A DNA stretch of 63,695 bases, filler included, from Octopus bimaculoides (Eukaryota): the NCBI RefSeq assembly GCF_001194135.2. It is 5 parts of 4 records of this genome, joined end to end, with 100 filler letters (N's around TTAATTAATTAA, not from the genome) between each part and the next. Parts side by side here need not be neighbours in the genome. Positions count along the whole stretch, not along the records: positions 1 to 25,559 come from NC_068986.1; 4 more parts are not named here. The stretch is one strand, 5' to 3'. Below are positions 12,459 through 24,934 of the stretch, piece by piece. The notes below the pieces were generated by a model. The model made no database searches and was not told the DNA's origin. It was given only the letters and a program-made list of their open reading frames with translations. Numbering within the stretch: the first letter of the stretch is position 1; each line of letters begins with the position of its first letter. The position numbers and the translations under genes are program-made.

Positions 12459-15400
12459 AAAAGATAATAAAAAGATTTAAATTATCTATTTTGTTGCCTT
12501 CTCAATCCTATATGCTAATTACAAACATGATCAGTCAACCATGACTCACAATATATTCATATATCCAATGAATATGTCTACAGCTGTTGGTGGTAGATCT
12601 AAACATCTCTAATAGAACAATCAACTCTGCTGTTCTATAGAAGTTCGTTCAGATCAAGTCTGATTGCAGCTTTTGACTCTTACCAGGCTTAAAGCAATAA
12701 AAAAAAATGTAAAAAATAACCATTCAACTATCATGAAATTTCCCAAAACAAAATTTAATCTTGATGAGGTAGACCTATGATTAAAGGTGTTCTAACTATG
12801 ATCATCCTGTCACTTTAGGAGTGTTGGAGATTACATTACTAATACTTCCTCTCCTTATCTTATTTGAGGGAGATTTGGTTGCTTTTTTTAACAAGTCAAG
12901 CAACCAAGAAGATATCAATCTTCAGTGGCTCATTAAAAATAACTAGTTGTTATTTATTGATAGGATTTAAACTCTTACTGGTAACCATTTATATAGGTGA
13001 GAGGAATATTTGCAGCTCAAATACATTTATAGCCCAAATCTCTACCAATGTTAACAAAATTCTTCAATGTTACATAATGCATAATTTTATTTCTTACATA
13101 CATACACATCAATGAGACAAAAATGTGTCATGGTACCAGATAATGAATGTGGGTTTTTTTTTTTCACTATTTGTTTATTACCAGCTTACAACAACATTTT
13201 CTAAGTCCTTTTTGTTAATACAGTTTTACTAATGTCTAATACCAACAGCACATTAAAGATTTGTTTGTGATAACTGGCAGATTAAATGATTGCTATCTAG
13301 TAAAGCAAACAATATAATTGGCTGCATTTTACCAGTTACTTAATAATCCTCAATTTCTCATGATTTTCACATGAAAGCAATAGGTTTCTCTTTTGTTTTG
13401 TTTTTTTTTCTTTTTTAACATTACTGAAAGGGGAAGAGGAGCAGTTATATTTTCCTATTTGGACCTCATTTTCTGTAAACCTTTTTTACAACACAATAAT
13501 CAAGCTGATATATTTACTATATAGTTAAAACCTACAATAGCATGTAATCATTGTATTAGAGGGTCATCTCTCTATAAACAAGAGCAGACATTTCCAAACA
13601 TTGTTTAAGTCAAATATTATTAACTTTTATCATGGATCACCCAATAAACAATTTTTTTGTTTCTTTAACAATTTTACAACTCTCTCCTACCTAGCTTATC
13701 TTTATGGTGCAGGAAATTAATATATTGGTTGCTTATGGTAGGTGTTTTAGAGATGAATGCTCTGGGAGCAATAGCTATGGTTTTGGAAGGAATATCTATG
13801 ACCCTAAGAACCATGTTATTAAAACCTGTAACTAAGAGCACAACAATTAGTTCTTAAAATAATCAACCAAACTTGTACAAAAATAAACTAGAATCTTTCC
13901 TCTTTTAAGTTGGTGTTAGTTTCACCTCTTAACATGATTAAATCTTTTAATTAAAAAAATATACTATTTTGATATCCTAAGAGATGTTTATCCTCTTAAT
14001 AGTAAGTAGTTATGGAAATGAAATGACTGAATCGTATCAAATTGAATAAGGGACACAGAAAACAATTCCCTGGATTAAAGTTAGCCATCAATTCAAAGAG
14101 CTGTCTCTTAAAACATACAGATCACCACTAGCACTACAAGTACAATCAGCTAACCATAAACTGCAATCATTTTTGGTTAGCTGAAGAAATTGTTTCATTG
14201 TTTTTACTGTGATGGGAAAACTGGTTTATCAAAAAGTTTAAAGGAGTACAAAAAAAAATGTCATCTTGTAAAATATGTAAATCATAAATCTAAAATATAA
14301 AAACAATTAGATATTAGTTGTAATATAATTTAATTAACAACAGCAAGAATTTTCCTTCCAATAAGACTAGCACCAAATTTTGTAACAAAATGTAGTGACA
14401 ATCAACTAAATCAATCTCAATCGACAACAGAGAATTCAGTCACAGAACAACCCTCTGCCGCCACCGAAAAGTATTTTGGTCTTCTATTCTACAGTCTCAA
14501 TAAAATACAATTCCTCACACAGGTACAAGGCAACAAAAATGATTTCTAAACATCACAGTAAAACAGAAAATAATTTGGGGTTGGTGATTTAGTCCCTTAA
14601 ACAGACCCCAGTATATGACTGGTATGCTCATGAAATACTACTGGAACTAATACTGCTTTTAATTGTGCCAAATTTTGAAACCAATATTGCTTTTTAATTG
14701 TAATGGAATATAAGTAAGAATAGAAGAATTTAAGAAAAGAAACAAAGTGATTTTGCTTTTTAACATTCAAAACTGCATTAATATACTTAATTACATTCTA
14801 CTGAGCCAAATTAATCTCACTGGTATATTGACATGCTTATCTATAATTTCACAAGTTAAACAGCTTCTCAATAATCAACATTCGCAAATTTTAATCACAG
14901 ATTGTATTTATTATATTTTTTGTTTTTTTTTTCACATTGTTGTTTGATTACTAAAAATAGAAAAAAAAACTGTTTAAAAAAAATAAGAGAAAGAAACAAA
15001 AGAAAATTTCATTCAACAGTAAGCTGCACATTCTGTACCCACTAGACAAACACCATAAGTTGTTAATTACTTTTCATTGATTTTGATTATTTTTCAGAAG
15101 TAGTAAATATATATATATATACACAAACAGACACACAATAACTAATTACTGTATTTTCGAATTTTTGTGCTTGAAAGAACAAAATTATAAGATAATGAAT
15201 AACATTTTTTTTTTAATCTTTGATTAACAATGCATTAAAATATCATATACTGAACTAATAATAACCAACATTTATAATATTAGTTAAAATGTAATTTAAA
15301 AAAAAAATTATGTTGAATCGGCAAAATGTTGATTTACTTTCAAGCTACTTTAATAAAGATTAAATGAACTTTGTTGCTGTAACATTAATTTAAGGCTTTA

Positions 15401-15489
15401 ATTACATACCAACAAATATCGATTGTATTTTTTTAGTTAAGGGACAAAATTTAGTAAAAACAAATAAGAATGTAAATAATATATATTAT

Positions 15490-15840
15490 GAGATCGTCTC
15501 TACGTAGTCGTTCGACCTACTAGAAAAAGCAGCCAGATCACCCTTAAATCACATTCTTCCGTCTTAAATATGGAAACAACATAATATAGTTCTACATGCT
15601 CCTAAAAAGATGGGATGATTATGGTTGATCTGGGACTACAACAGAAGAAACGACCAGGTAAAAATAGCAGCCAAAACATCACTCTAAACACATCCTGCTG
15701 TCTCAGAAAACAACAAATTTGATAACGTCAGTCGTTACAAAATATCTGGTGAAGAAGAAAAAACGGGATGGTCACAGTTGGAACGCCTGTCAATATATGT
15801 CTGCTTGCTTAGGTCTGAGCTGTAGTTAAACAACCTCAGA
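15490..15840 (+). mobile_element. Two adjacent copies of an interspersed repeat (family C: CTACTAGAAA.AGCAGCCA...GATGGTCA..G.TGGAA)
   Basis: Related copies at ~1820-2070, 4990-5130, 16290-16480, 26780-26960, and reversed at ~7060-7240 and 12760-12810. Confidence 0.6.
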
Positions 15841-16561
15841 GAAATGAAAACGTCAAGATTTAAACTCGGTAACTAATGAGAACGAAACTAAATAATACTA
15901 TAAATTTTCTACTGTCTCAGCTTCTATTGGCTGCTGCCATTTCCAAAAATATTGATTTTTGACTTCGGTAAAAAGCTCTAAGTTTATGAAGGAGTGGGTA
16001 GTGACACGATGTGGTGTGCATGCCTTTGTCGGGAACATAAACGATATATTGATGTTGATATCTGGTTTAGGCATAAAACAATAAATATATATATATATAC
16101 GAATCACTCCCAACATATTACTAGTACTTGTGTTATTGACCCGGCTCCACTAATATTGATTTCTTGCGTAAAAACAAATTCAATTTTTCGTGGAGTGGGG
16201 GAGAAGGATGCTTGATTTAAAAGTTTAAGTATCAATATAATACGCGAGGGAGTATATATATATTACTGGTGCTGATTCTAGTCAAAGAAAGCGGTTGTGT
16301 ATGATAGCTCGTTCAGAAACAGCAGCCGAGTCTTCCTCAAATCATACTCTGTTATTTTTTTAAAAAAGGAGACCACATTGGTAATTTAGTCAGAGGTATA
16401 CTAGGTCGGAACGAATTAGAAGATGGTCACAGCTCAAACAGTTTTGATCATTTGTATGCTCAATTAGGGCAAAACAAGCAAATGAAAGTTAAAGTTTGTC
16501 TGAGAAATTTGAACTCGGAATGTTCCCAACGATATTGGTGTCTACGCAAGTGCTCGACTGA

Positions 16562-16590
16562 TTAGGGTTAGGGTTAGGTGTTAGGTTGTT
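16562..16590 (+). repeat. Short interstitial (TTAGGG)n-like tract
   Basis: TTAGGGTTAGGGTTAGGTGTTAGG. Confidence 0.6.
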
Positions 16591-18399
16591 GTTACATCTG
16601 GTACCTCTTTCCCTAAATATTATCGGCTTATGTATAATGAATCGGCTCTAATCTGGAATTGAAACTGGATTGCGAACAGATCAGCCAGCTCATTGATGGA
16701 ACCTGTTGACAGAACTTATAATTGGTTGTTATGAAAACTACAAAATATTCAACCTAGTTTTTAAGAATTTCTAATATTACCCTTTAAAAAAAACCAGTTA
16801 ACAGTAAAGCATAAATCAAAGAAAAGTAAAACTATTTGTCAATACACAGCAGAAAATCTAAAATAATAATAATAATAATAACAATAATAATGAATGAATG
16901 AAGAACATTTGTCGAAAAATTTTACTTTCCCTTTATGTGTCACTTCGGAAAGTGTAATTTTAATTTTGAAGTTTAGTAGAACTAAATTCAACAAATGTTT
17001 CGTTATTTGGTTCGAATCATACTTTAATGGAAATCTTAAAGACTTAGTCTAAATCGATTTCAAAAATTCTCATCACCTTTCATTAATGTGCAAGACGAAA
17101 AACTTAAATCAACAAGATAAACATCGTGTTTATCAATCAGCAGAAGTAAATATTTGGGTCAAATATATTTTCGATCAGATAAAAATAAACATATGATTTA
17201 AAGTAAATGAAATTTCGTAAACTACACGTCACTTTTTAAAAAGTTATATATATATATATATATATATGCATACATACACATAGACATATACACACTGAAT
17301 CTTCGATTGAAAATGGGCTTTTATTTTAGCTTATGTATATGATAGTATCATAAAATAGATGGGATGTAACAAAAATACTGCCTCAATACATTCTAAAATA
17401 TATTCTTATCACTGCAAATTCACGCTCATCAATCACTAAAAAGTGCGACCATGGAATAAAAGTTATGAAGTGTTGTTATTCCATAATAGTACTTTTCGAA
17501 CAAAAAAAAAAGATCATAGTAAGGTGAGTTATGGAAAATGCTTTTATTACATTACGATCATAAATGAATTTTTGAAAATTATGAATTGGAAAAAAAATTA
17601 TAATTGAAAAAAATAAAAATGAATAAACTGATTGGAGTTTTAATAAACTCAAATTTAAAGAACGGATAAAAATACATTTTATTCATTCTAAATACGAATA
17701 AAGCGATGTATACTGTTATTTAATAATATATGTTGTTATTTCTTAAATATATTGTTTCGAAATAATAAAAAAAATTGACATTTCATCGGAGTAGTAAACA
17801 AATAGGCGAACACCACGTGTTACGCTATTTACTTTGTGAATAACTTACACTGCCAGGCAGATCGAACAGCATACAAGTTTTAACAACTAGAATTAAATCA
17901 ATAACTGTCAATATAGTCATCTATAAACAATGATCGAATTCTATAGAGACATATATTTGTGTTTATAAGTAAAATGACTAGTGTCAAAGCCAGTCCCATA
18001 CATACGCCTGTTTTGAATACTAGAGGACCAACCAGCCTGGTAAGGAAAATTAGTTTCGTTTTAATTCATTCATAGAATTTTTTAAAATGAAATTCAAAAT
18101 TATTCTGGGAATGTTTCATGCATTAGGACCAAATGTGTCATTTTGCAAGAATATCAACTAAAGGGACAATTAATAATTAACAAAATATGTTCAGAATAAG
18201 TGACGCCTCCTCCAAGACACGCGATCGCATGAGTGGAACGGCATGGGGATTCCCTGAAACGGGGAAACACCTTATTTAATATTGACGGTTACTATAATGG
18301 ATCGTAAAACTAAAATACAGGAATCGTATTTAAAAAAGTAACTTTCGTTCAACGTTACAGAAAAAAATATATATAAAGCGAAGAAAATAAGAGGCAGTA

Positions 18400-19250
18400 T
18401 TAAGAGTGTGAGAAATGTAAGATCCAGTCCGATCGATCATCACACGATCCACGATTGAGAGCAAAATGGCGGCGCACATTGAACATTATCACGTGACAGG
18501 CAGTAAATAAAATTCAGACAATATGCTACTTTTTCAGATAGAACCACACCAAAGAATATTTTTTTCACAATATATAGAAGTAACTCGGTGTTTTCAGAGT
18601 ATTTTAACAAGAATCCGATGCTTCTAATATAGCATTTTGAATATTTGAATGAGTAGCGCCTATTTCATCATGACAGCCATTTTGTAAAGAAAGGTTGGAA
18701 TGAGCGTTCGACACTTACCGACTCTTCTTCCTTTTCCATCCCCGTGGGCATTTGTGGTACCGATCTATTAATGGTTGCAAAATCCGGTAAGTCCGGAATT
18801 TCTTCTGCCCGAAAAACGGGCATTGGCTTGGAGGAATCCAGAGCCCTAGCTCTGAACGACACCTTACTCATCGTGATGACCCCAAATATGCTAATGAGAT
18901 GGTCCAAAAACTAGCTTCGCTACCACATCAAGGTAGCTGAACGATAGCAGTGAAAATAGACAGTAAATGGTAGAATCCAGCAGCATGAATTATATTTAAG
19001 CAGTGAAATCAGTACTCCAGTTTTGAATATGTCTTGCGGTAATCCATATATTTTGATCATATTTGCAGGGAATAGTTGCTTTCATCATGGCGGACTGGAG
19101 ACCCATCGAGCTTCTCCCACAATACCCTGCACGCGTGTCTGCGCGCGCAGCCTATTTCATTCAACCTCAGACCTATTAAACCGGCGGGAGAACAATCTAA
19201 CTATAATTGTGAGTCTTAAGCGTTGGGCTAATAAATGTGGCGATTTTATA
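18400..19250. promoter_or_regulatory. EPC promoter/5'UTR zone with YY1-like cores, an E-box and CG-rich motifs
   Basis: AAAATGGCGGC at 18463-18473, TCACGTGA at 18489-18496, GCCATTTTG at ~18676-18684, CATGGCGG at 19086-19093, CACGCGTG and GCGCGCGC at ~19130-19148. CpGs are locally retained next to the start codon. Confidence 0.6.
18719..18871 (-). CDS. EPC1: Enhancer of polycomb homolog, coding exon 1 (51 codons, phase-0 donor)
   Basis: Translates MSKVSFRARALDSSKPMPVFRAEEIPDLPDFATINRSVPQMPTGMEKEEES, closely matching the conserved N-terminus of animal EPC1/EPC2/E(Pc) (MSKLSFRARALD...INRAVPQMPTGMEKEEES). ATG at 18871 has A at -3. The exon is followed directly by GTAAGT (18718-18713), where I recall vertebrate EPC1 exon 1 also ends. 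Confidence 0.95.
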
Positions 19251-20659
19251 ATTACATTATTTTTCTCTAAATATACACTATATAAAAATATAGCTGAAAA
19301 AAAAACAGAGAGACAGAAAAAGCAACCTGTAAAAACTAATAACTGAAAGTACTTCATAGAGTGTTGGCGCTTACTACCACTACTGTTTACGTTTTACGCA
19401 TGTATGAGTTGCTTTTCTGTATCCCTTTAAATTTTGCCAATTGTTTACTATTTCGATTTACTCTGAAAATATCTATTATTACCTTCTCGCATTACTATAC
19501 TTTTTGTTTGAATAATTGTTTTTAATTCGATCTGCGTTTGTTTTCTTGTTACCATTGAAGCCTTATTATTTTGTCTTTAGTAGTAACTTACATCACTGTC
19601 AATATACATAGTAAAGCATTTCTATCCCAGATTCAAAATAATTACGCTGTTTGTAAGTTTATCACTATGCATTATACCTTAAATTGAAATCGACACATTT
19701 GTTCAGTCATAGATTTGTTTATATTCACGTTCCGTAACAACTTCGAAATATACTAATAAACGACAAAATTAATTATTATTAATCATATACGTGTAATTAA
19801 GCATATACACACAATAAAGTCACTTGTGGAAATTGAAATATTCGTGTTCTGTTTTCTTATTGTTATTTAAAAAATCTTATTTATATCTAATTATTACATA
19901 ACGGTTAACCCTAATCTTTTACTCTACACACACGCATACGTATTATGAATGGTATTACTGGTTTGGACACAAAATATAAGTAGTTGATGCTTTTGGAGAA
20001 ACGTAACTGCCACAAATTTACTTGAGTTGTAATATATTTATAGTTGGTTTAGATCGTAAACATTGTAACTAGCTGAATGAGTTTTGTCAAAAAGAAGTTA
20101 CTTTTAATTAAAAAATATTTCTTCTATGTAGTTTGATTGTCGTAGTTATGTCGTTAAAAACGTTCTGACAGTTCAAAAGAAAACGAAAAACCGTAACAAC
20201 AGTTTACAGAAAGCGAGTGAGAGAGAGTACATATTTATAAATTGCGTGTGTGCATGTTTATATCTGAGCTAGAATCTTAGTTGCTGACAAGACAGACACA
20301 CGTACACAAAGTTTTTATATGTACGCTCGCATCTCATTCTGCTGCTTTCTGTCGCTCTCTTATAGGTCATATAGAATATATACACACACACACATACATA
20401 CATATGTCTATGTGTGTGCATTTATGTGTTTGGATACAGATAAATATATTTATGCGTATGTATGTATATAAATACCAACAGTGACCTCGAAAACAGCTTG
20501 CAAATGGGTCATGTCAATTTTGTCACCTTCAATAGTAATGAAAACAATCATAGAGCATCAAGACAACGTAAGCACCTCATCTACTCTGTAAACATGATCA
20601 ACTCGCATTTAAGAACCCTTTCCGTCACTTCAAATGCCAGGACTCACTATCACTAAAGG

Positions 20660-20990
20660 ATCTCTCCTGACAAATATACAGCCTTAACATAGCTAAAACT
20701 ACATCACAAAAACCGGCCTTCTTCATGAGAACCATATCCCCAACAACTAACCACTAGCCATTTACTAAAGCTCAAGTAAAACCCATATAGAGTACTGCTC
20801 CCACGTCTGGGACTACTCCTGTCTATATGGAGGCATCCTAAACTGATTGGCATGAAACCTCTCATAAATATATTCCAACTTCTGACCCATAGATACACTG
20901 TCTCCTCTCTGCTTTTTCTACTGCTACTATAATAACAGCTGCTCCTCGGAACCTGTGGGTTACGTGCCATCTACTCTCATCTCCAGAGTT
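20660..20990 (+). mobile_element. CR1/Jockey-group LINE, degenerate RT C-terminal fragment
   Basis: Frameshifted translation NIAKTTSQK...KAQVKP..EYCSHVW...FYCYYNNSCSSE matches the conserved post-RT motif (KA.IRP.LEYCS.VW). Confidence 0.7.
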
Positions 20991-21269
20991 GCTAATTCGG
21001 CCTGCAAGTAACGGATTGCGCTACTTTTTAAAACAGCGCTTCTTTTTTTTTCGCTAAATTTTCAAATTTTCAAGAGTAATAATTTTTATTAAATTATCAA
21101 CTTTATAAATCAGAACCAACCTACATTTAGTACATATTGTACGTACATATTTTATTTACTGGCAAAATTTTCATTTTGGGTTATTTCAAACTTGGTGCAC
21201 TACTTTATGAAAATTTTGTGCTACGTTTTATGATATTGATGTCACCTCCCCCTCCCCCATTGTGTCTAT

Positions 21270-21420
21270 TGTCCAAGACCCTTCAGTAACCACTACAACA
21301 AGTTCTTCCTTCTCAGAATGGCACCTCACTGGAATTTTCTTCCCTGCACGTTTTTCCTACAGCTATCAACTTGCAGTTGTTAGGCGTAGCATCAGTTTCA
21401 CCAGTATTGAAGTACCTGTG
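21270..21420 (+). mobile_element. Continuation of the CR1-like LINE (W.LP..FP...L..F motif)
   Basis: Degenerate translation HWNFLP...FPTAINLQ is collinear with the fragment at 20660-20990, separated by an AT-rich insert. Confidence 0.55.
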
Positions 21421-22559
21421 GGGATCAAGAGTGCTGATTCTTCCTCTGGACCAAACCAAAATACAAAGTGCTCCATCATACTTTTTGTCATGATGGATAA
21501 AACAAACTACACACACATGTATCACCATCATTGTTTTAATGTCCACTTCTTCATTCCCAGTATGGGCTAAACAGATTTTTCTACAGCTGGATACCTTTCC
21601 TATCACTAACCCATATCTGTTTCCAAGCAATGTGATATTTCCTCAGAACTGGACATTGGAAACAATACATATGAATGCAATGCTCATTTACATTCATGCA
21701 TATGTGTGTGTATACACACACACTATCTCTCTCTCTCAGTTATAATAAAGGATTAAAACAGGAACTTTCACATTGCAGCCCCTCCAATCCTGTCACTACC
21801 ATGCTTGTTAAGAAAGATTGCTATCCATCACTCACTGTTGATATACACCACTCTTTTTCACTCACTACCATTACTCTTCTATCAACTTGTCTCCATACTA
21901 TCACTCTCTCTTCCACCATGTCACTCTTGATGTTTTTTTTATTCAGCTTCTTTACCAACAATTAATGTGTAGCTGCCATTCATTGTTTTTCTCTCATTAC
22001 TATCTCCACTTTCACCTTCTTACTCCTACATCTCTATTTCTTCATAATTTTTTCTATCACTCTCTTGTCTCAGATCTCTCTTCTTCAGTATTCTTTCTTC
22101 TATTCATGTTCTTGAGCAATCAGAAACAGTATAGAGCCTTTCCTGAGACAAGGTAAGCTCTCTAATACAGCCACAAGACACACTCTCTAAGACAGCCACA
22201 ATAAATGCATCTAGTACACTGTATAAAGTGGGTGGAAAAATGAACTGAGACAGTGTAGGATAAAGAAAACCACTCCAGTCTTGCTGAAGCTAATATAACC
22301 TCTCTAGGTGCCATAATAAAATGCATCCAGTATACTCTGTAAAGTGTGTGACATTAGGAAGGGCATTCAGCCATAGAAACCATTCAAAAATGCAATTCAT
22401 GTGCAAGCCATACTTCTCCAATGTGTTACAAGGGAAACCATTTCAAACAAGCACTAACTCAGACTGCGAGGGCTCATCCAACCCATGCCAGCAAAGAAAT
22501 GTAAAATGATGACAATGATGATAGATGTGCTACAAGACTCTATTGTCATCTGGGAAGTA

Positions 22560-22915
22560 ATCATATTCATTATGTTGAGAAGGAGTAGATAGGAATTCCA
22601 AATGGTACATCCACTATAAATTATAGCTGCACAAGAAATGCAGTGGCAGGCTGATGAGATACACATAGTGTGGGGTTGTTATAGGAAGATCATCCATGCA
22701 ATAGACTTTTCCAGGTGCTTAGAAGGCTACATAGCAGTCAAGAGCTTCTGCTTCTTAGGTGGCCTTATTAGCAGTGGAAGATGATGCTCCAAAAACATAG
22801 AATGTTACATAAGAACAGGGTGGGAAAAGTTCAGACAGCTATTATTTCTACTGGCAACAAGATTCTCTCTCTAAACAAAGGGCAAGTTGTATGATACTTG
22901 TGTATAGCATAAATG
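22560..22915 (+). mobile_element. RTE-clade LINE RT fragment, degenerate
   Basis: Translation includes LHKKCSGRL...VKSFCFLGGLISSG...IRTGWEKFRQLL...KGKLYDTCV, typical of RTE RT. Confidence 0.75.
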
Positions 22916-23419
22916 GTAATGTTGAATGGTTACAAAATATTGGCTGTGAATACTGAGGATGGACAAAGATTGGAAAGAAATAAAGTTAGTTTGCTGTACT
23001 GTATGTGTAATGTCAGCAAGCATGAAAGACAAAAGCACAAATAAGCTGAGGAAAAGACATGTAGCGTGCAAGAGAGAAGTTGGTTAAAAAAAAAAGGAAC
23101 CAAGTAGTTAAAAGTAGAAGGTTCAAGGAGACAAGCTTCTTGTATCATTCCCAATGAAAATGATGAAAACTGATCTTAACAGGCTGAACCTCACAAAGGA
23201 CAGAAACAATAGCTGAATTTTTTCCACTATGTTATCTGCCTTCTCTGTTAGCAGAAGGTTACCTAGATGCCCTTCTTGTTGCCAACCCTCACTTGTTTCC
23301 AAGCAAAATAATGTTTCTCTATGGTTGATCATGTATCCATGGAAGACTGGAAATGCAGGACACTACTTGTATGATGGTGATACTCATTTATAACTGTCAC
23401 ATGATATCAAGACAAGGAG

Positions 23420-23620
23420 GCACAAAAACACACACACACATATGTATACAAATATGAAGGGCTTCTTTCAGTTTCCATCAACCACATCCACTTACAATGC
23501 TTTTGTTGGACCAAAGTGAAAGTGGACATTTGCCTGAGGTTCCATATAAAGGAATTGAACCCAAAATCATGTGATTGGGAAACAGACTTCTTAACTTTGT
23601 AACCATGCAAGCACCTTACT
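23420..23620 (-). mobile_element. SINE family A, 5' half, CpG-decayed
   Basis: GGGCTTCTTTCAGTTTCC...GACATTTGCCTGAGG...GGAATTGAACCC, the reverse of the head region. Confidence 0.65.
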
Positions 23621-24104
23621 ATGAATATATGTGTACATGTATATATTGTATATATACATGTGTGTGTGTTGTGTAGGCAGTGTTTTGGAAGCCCATCAGA
23701 GAGTTTAAGTTCCACTGAACCTCTTAGTCTACTTGATATACTTGTGTCTCTTCCTTATTTTTTTTTTTGTCTTTACACTGTGTTACACCATCCTATCCAA
23801 CCTACAAAGGTTGAAATTAGACAACAACTATAGTGATTTTACCAGTCAGGAGAAGGAGGGTCTACAAAGGTCGTAGATATAAATAACCCTTCTCTTTCCA
23901 ATAAATGATTGTAAGACTCTGTGATACAAAAGGGGTTTTTTTTTAATACCAAAATCAAGATTAAGATTAGAGGTGCATATATAACACAAGCTATTAGGCT
24001 CTAAAGTTATCCCTCACCAACTTTTATTATATAAAAATGTAGTGATGTTATAAAAGCTTTATTATCTTTCAGTTTATTTCTCATTATTATACCTCAATAT
24101 AAAG

Positions 24105-24500
24105 CAGAGAGCTAACAGAATTGTTAGTTCACCAGACAAAATGTTTAGTGGCATTTTGTCTGTCTGTATTCACATTCCACTGAGGTTGACTGTGCCTTTA
24201 ATCCTCTTGGGGTTGATAGAATAAGTACCAATTGAGCAATATAGTTGGCTTAGTTCCTTATCCAAAATTACTGGCCTTTTGCCAAAATTTGAAACCATTA
24301 TCATACATCAATATAAGGTGATGAGCTAGCAGAATCATTAGCATGCTGGGCTAAATGCTTAGCAGCATTTCATATGTCTATAAATTCTGAGTTCCAGTTC
24401 CACCAAGGTTGACTTTGCTTTTCATCCTTTCAGGGTTGATGTAATTGACATACTCTGATCCCAAAATTTCAGGCCTTATGCCTATTGTAGAAAGGCTTAT
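24105..24500 (+). mobile_element. Two tandem SINE family B copies, CpG-decayed
   Basis: Two successive GAGCTA.CAGAAT..TTAG heads with GGTTGACT.TGC.TT..ATCC cores. Confidence 0.75.
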
Positions 24501-24518
24501 TATATATGAAGGCATAGT

Positions 24519-24925
24519 GGCTGAGTTCCTTTCGAGCGTTGGGCCTGACGGAGGCAAATTGGCTGAGTTCCTTTCAAGCGTTGGGCCTCATGGAGACAAA
24601 GTGGCCAAGTTCCTTTTGAGTGTTGGGCCTCATAGAAGCAATGACCAAGACCTTTGGCATTATGTCGTGCTTGAGAAGAAGACCCATCAAACTGAGCAAA
24701 ATCGCAGTCGTAGCAGACACCGGTGTCACGCAAATGGCACCCATGCTGGTGGCACATAAAAGCACCCGTCACACTTGGAGTGGTTGGTGCTACAAAGGGC
24801 ATCCAGCTGTAGAAAACCATACCAAATCAGACTGGAGCCTGGTGCAGCCTTCCAGCATGCCAGCCCTGTCAAACTGTCCAACCCATGCCAGTATGGACAA
24901 CAGATGTTAAATGATGACGATGATA
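24519..24925 (+). mobile_element. RTE-type 3' UTR/tail with an internal 3x42-bp tandem duplication (24519-24644)
   Basis: Ends ...GGGCATCCAGCTGTAGAA...CCAACCCATGCCAG.ATGGA...GATGTTAAATGATGACGATGAT, the same tail as 25270-25559 (-) and 49120-49295 (+). Confidence 0.7.
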
Positions 24926-24934
24926 AATATGAGT

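Larger units (their letters stand above)
1..18718 (-). other. EPC1: EPC intron 1 (partial, probably extends beyond the window start)
   Basis: GTAAGT donor at 18718. A manual scan found no sequence encoding the expected next peptide (EHHLQRAI...) between 1 and 18718. Confidence 0.65.

Noticed and set aside
12540-12910. Several 7-10 bp stem-loops suggesting a snoRNA or other structured ncRNA
   Set aside because: They partly overlap degenerate family C repeat sequence, I could not identify convincing C/D or H/ACA boxes, and short stems are expected in AT-rich DNA.
18872-18907. 12-aa N-terminal extension of the EPC ORF in the track, plus read-through VSVERSF... after the exon
   Set aside because: The track start is TTG, homology begins at ATG 18871, and the tail beyond 18719 is intron.
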